IMG/VR virus record: IMGVR_UViG_2693429677_000024
Direction: 5' to 3' (one strand)
DNA length: 26,300 nucleotides
Source: a virus
Lineage: Duplodnaviria; Heunggongvirae; Uroviricota; Caudoviricetes
Shown: piece by piece, positions 22,963 to 26,300 of the stretch
How the letters are laid out: the number at the start of each line of letters is the position of its first letter
Numbering within the stretch: the first letter of the stretch is position 1
The notes under the pieces: model-generated
Seen by the model: only the letters and a program-made list of their open reading frames with translations
What the model was told of the DNA's origin: nothing
The model's database searches: none
Position numbers and translations under genes: made by a program

Positions 22963-22967
22963 GTGGG

Positions 22968-25900
22968 GTGAATATGACGGTTAAGATTTCAGGTGTACTG
23001 AAAGATGGGGCAGGCAAACCGGTACAAAACTGTACCATTCAGCTAAAGGCCAGACGCAACAGCACCACGGTGGTGGTGAACACGGTGGCCTCAGAAAATC
23101 CGGATGAAGCCGGGCGTTATAGTATGGACGTTGAGTATGGCCAGTACAGCGTCACCCTGCTGGTTGAAGGTTTTCCGCCTTCGCATGCCGGGACCATCAC
23201 CGTGTATGAAGATTCTCAACCCGGTACGCTGAATGATTTTCTCGGCGCAATGACGGAGGATGATGCCCGTCCGGAGGCACTGCGCCGTTTTGAACTGATG
23301 GTGGAAGAGGTGGCGCGTAACGCGTCCGCAGTGGCACAGAACACGGAAGCCGCGAAGAAGTCAGCCAGCGATGCCAGCACATCTGCCAGTGAGGCGGCAA
23401 TCCATGCGACTGATGCTGCAGACTCAGCACGCGCAGCCAGCACGTCAGCCGGACAGGCTGCATCATCTGCTCAGTCAGCATCTTCCAGCGCAGGAACAGC
23501 ATCAACAAAGGCCACTGAAGCCTCAAAAAGTGCCTCCGCAGCAGCAGACTCAAAAACAGCGGCTGAGTCGTCTGCCAGCGCCGCGTCAACAAGTGCCGGG
23601 CAGGCCTCAGCCAGTGCCACCGCCGCCGGAAAATCGGCGGAAAGCGCGTCGTCATCGGCAACAACAGCTACCGCAAAAGCGACTGAGGCGACGAGTCAGA
23701 CTACAGCCGCGAAAGATTCAGCATTGGCAGCAAAAACCTCTGAAACAAATGCAAAGACTTCAGAAGACAATGCCGCTTCCTCTAAGGCGGCAGCTGCTGA
23801 ATCTGCAAGTTCTGCGTCTGCATCAGCCACCTCGGCGTCCGCTTCAAAAGATGAGGCGATCAGGCAGGCGTCAGCTGCGAAGGGTAGTGCTTCAACGGCA
23901 TCCACGAAAGCAACAGAGGCGGCAGGCAGTGCGACGGCTGCATCTCAGAGCAAAACTGCTGCTGAATCCGCTGCGACCCGTGCGGAAGCTGCTGCTGATC
24001 GTGCTGAAGAGATTGCCGGTGCGGTTGCGATGGAAGACGCAAGCCTTACCACTAAAGGTGTTGTGAAACTTAGCAGTGCTGTCGACAGCACCAGTGAATC
24101 GCTGGCCGCAACGCCAAAGGCAGTTAAAGCAGTCAATGACAATGCGAACAGCAGGGTGCCATCTGACCGAAAAATTAACGGGAAAGCACTGACTGGGGAT
24201 ATCACATTAACGCCGAAAGATATTGGTACTTTAAATTCAGTAACGATGTCTTTCTCTGGCGGGGCTGGGTGGTTCAAACTGGCTACGGTTACCATGCCAC
24301 AAGCGAGTTCCATCGTTTACATCACATTGATTGGTGGTGCCGGATACAACGTCGGCTCCCCACAGCAGGCAGGTATTTCAGAACTGGTTCTACGAGCAGG
24401 CAATGGAAACCCCAAAGGGATTACCGGAGCTTTGTGGAAGCGTACAGCCGTCGGATTAACGAATTTCGCCTGGATCAACACATCCGGCGATACATATGAT
24501 ATTTACGTTGAGACTGGCAATTATGCGACGAGTGTAAATATCCATTGGGATTGTACCGCAAATGCGTCAGTTTCTGTTTATACATCGCCAGCCTATTCAG
24601 CGAGTAAGCCTTCCGGCGTTACCGATGGTGTTGTTTATACGATGTATAGCTCACATCAGAAACCTACACCATCAGATATTGGAGCACTGCCAACAACCGG
24701 AGGAACAGTTTCAGGTCCGTTGTCTGTTACTGGTGGGATCACCGGGGCACTGAAGGGGAACGCCGATACCGCGACGAAACTTGCGGCAGCCAAAAAAATT
24801 AACGGTGTTAAGTTTGATGGCTCGGCGGATATTAATCTCACGCCGGAAAATATTGGTGCATTTGCCCTACGTGCGACGGGGGCTTATGCGGATTCGGATG
24901 GAGCCGTTCCGTGGAATGCTGAATCCGGTGCATATAATGTCACGCGTTCTGGCGACTCCTATCTTGTTGCAAACTTTTATACCGGTGTGGGGAGTTGCCG
25001 GACTCTCCAGATTCGCGCTCATTACAAGAATGGCGGTCTGTTTTACCGTTCTTCGCGTGATGGTTATGGCTTTGAGGAAGACTGGACTCAGATTTATACC
25101 AAAAAAGACAGCATTCCGGGAGTAAATACGACAGGTAACCAGAACACTACGGGTAATGCGGCAACAGCTACAAAACTACAGACGGCAAGAACTATCGGCG
25201 GTGTGAGCTTTGATGGTACTGCGAATATTAACTTGCCTGGTGTTAATACGACTGGTAACCAGAGCACTACAGGCAATGCAGCTACTGCCACGAAGTTGCA
25301 GACAGCGCGTACTATTAATGGCGTGTCGTTTGACGGTTCGGCAAATATTTCTCTGTCACCAGCAAATATTGGTTGCCCGGCATCTCCAACTGGCTGGTTA
25401 GGCACAGGAAGTAATGGTGCATCAATAACAACGGCTCAGTTAGTGACGATATTGCAGAATAATGGTGCCTTCAATACAAAAGCATGGGTGGCACGCTGTG
25501 CCTGGGCATACGCTGACAGCGCCTCCATACCAGACAGTGAAACAGGCTGCGGCATTATTCCACTGGCGGGGGCGGTGATAGAAGTATTCAGCCACAGTGC
25601 AACTTATTACACCATTCGAATAACAACAGCCACGACGACAAGTGTCTCTGGCGCACTCACTAATGCGGAATTTATCTATGTGTTTAATGGCACAGCTTAT
25701 TCCCCCGGATGGCGTCGTGCACTGAACACAAAGAAACTGCCCACACCGCTTGAAATTGGCGCTTACAGCATATCGGAGATTAACCAACTCAATAAAAGTT
25801 TTATCACGTCATCAAAACTCGAAGGCGGCTCGTTAGATGCAAACTTCCAGACGTTAAGTTGTTATTATTTGCAAATATTCGACATTCAGACAACAACCGA

Positions 25901-26300
25901 TAGTCCTAACATGTTCGTAAGTCCGGTTGCTGGTTACAACATGGTATTTCGTTCGACTTCATCCCGTCGATACAAGACGGATATCGAGTCTTTAGAGAAC
26001 AGGTACGCGGACGAGTTGTTGAAACTTCGTCCTGTATGGTATCGCTCGACTTGTGAAAGGGACAGAAAGGACTGGGGACATTATGGCCTTATTGCAGAAG
26101 AAGTCGGAGAGATAGCACCGCAATATGTTCACTGGCGTCCTCTTACAGACGAGGATGATCCAGGTATAGCGTCTGATAATGGGATGGTTGCAGAAGGCGT
26201 GATGTATGACCGTCTGGTTGTTCCACTCATTCATCATATTCAGAAACTGACAAAAAGGGTTGAGGAGCTTGAAGCAAAGTTAAAGCTATCCGAGCTATAA
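22968..26300 (+). CDS. stf: Side tail fibre protein Stf, 1110 aa, with C-terminal intramolecular-chaperone (peptidase S74-like) domain
   Basis: N-terminus (MN)MTVKISGVLKDGAGKPVQNCTIQLKARRNSTTVVVNTV... matches lambda Stf. Followed by a long Ala/Ser/Thr-rich region, three copies of a tail-fibre repeat (GNAATATKL...GVSFDG.ANI.L) and a C-terminal SSRRYKTDIESLENR...coiled-coil region. Start is GTG 22968 or ATG 22974. The stop codon is the last 3 bases of the window. Confidence 0.9.
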   Translation: MNMTVKISGVLKDGAGKPVQNCTIQLKARRNSTTVVVNTVASENPDEAGRYSMDVEYGQYSVTLLVEGFPPSHAGTITVYEDSQPGTLNDFLGAMTEDDARPEALRRFELMVEEVARNASAVAQNTEAAKKSASDASTSASEAAIHATDAADSARAASTSAGQAASSAQSASSSAGTASTKATEASKSASAAADSKTAAESSASAASTSAGQASASATAAGKSAESASSSATTATAKATEATSQTTAAKDSALAAKTSETNAKTSEDNAASSKAAAAESASSASASATSASASKDEAIRQASAAKGSASTASTKATEAAGSATAASQSKTAAESAATRAEAAADRAEEIAGAVAMEDASLTTKGVVKLSSAVDSTSESLAATPKAVKAVNDNANSRVPSDRKINGKALTGDITLTPKDIGTLNSVTMSFSGGAGWFKLATVTMPQASSIVYITLIGGAGYNVGSPQQAGISELVLRAGNGNPKGITGALWKRTAVGLTNFAWINTSGDTYDIYVETGNYATSVNIHWDCTANASVSVYTSPAYSASKPSGVTDGVVYTMYSSHQKPTPSDIGALPTTGGTVSGPLSVTGGITGALKGNADTATKLAAAKKINGVKFDGSADINLTPENIGAFALRATGAYADSDGAVPWNAESGAYNVTRSGDSYLVANFYTGVGSCRTLQIRAHYKNGGLFYRSSRDGYGFEEDWTQIYTKKDSIPGVNTTGNQNTTGNAATATKLQTARTIGGVSFDGTANINLPGVNTTGNQSTTGNAATATKLQTARTINGVSFDGSANISLSPANIGCPASPTGWLGTGSNGASITTAQLVTILQNNGAFNTKAWVARCAWAYADSASIPDSETGCGIIPLAGAVIEVFSHSATYYTIRITTATTTSVSGALTNAEFIYVFNGTAYSPGWRRALNTKKLPTPLEIGAYSISEINQLNKSFITSSKLEGGSLDANFQTLSCYYLQIFDIQTTTDSPNMFVSPVAGYNMVFRSTSSRRYKTDIESLENRYADELLKLRPVWYRSTCERDRKDWGHYGLIAEEVGEIAPQYVHWRPLTDEDDPGIASDNGMVAEGVMYDRLVVPLIHHIQKLTKRVEELEAKLKLSEL
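25116..25355 (+). repeat. Two tandem 120-bp in-frame repeat units inside stf (each 40 aa)
   Basis: Units 25116-25235 and 25236-25355 encode PGVNTTGNQ(N/S)TTGNAATATKLQTARTI(G/N)GVSFDG(T/S)ANI(N/S)L. A third, more divergent copy lies at about 24740-24845. Confidence 0.85.

Noticed and set aside
23371-24066. 231-aa ORF on the + strand (Q/R/P/L-rich) inside stf, plus minus-strand ORFs at 23197-23664 and 23945-24313
   Set aside because: Alternate-frame readings of the Ala/Ser-rich GCN-repeat region of stf; the low-complexity composition is a frame artefact.

Overview
The window is the late (lysis plus morphogenesis) region of a lambdoid siphovirus prophage from an enterobacterial, E. coli-like host. 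Every gene I support is on the + strand, in the canonical lambda order. From left to right: the 3' end of an unidentified gene; a phage-21-type lysis cassette (pinholin S, SAR endolysin R, Rz with embedded Rz1); a short variable locus with a Rha-family ORF interrupted by an in-frame amber codon and two small ORFs; the cos packaging site; terminase Nu1/A; head genes W, B, C/Nu3, D, E, FI, FII; tail genes Z, U, V, G, G-T, H, M, L, K, I, J; the lom moron; and a long side tail fibre (stf) whose stop codon is the last three bases of the window. Identifications rest on protein sequences I recognise from phage lambda and phage 21; no alignments or searches were run. I found no rRNA, tRNA, CRISPR array, IS element or integrase. 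I do not see a convincing new defence or other multi-gene system. The parts that look accessory or mosaic are the leader upstream of the holin, the Rz-to-cos locus, the cosB/terminase specificity module, the distal part of J, lom, and the distal stf.
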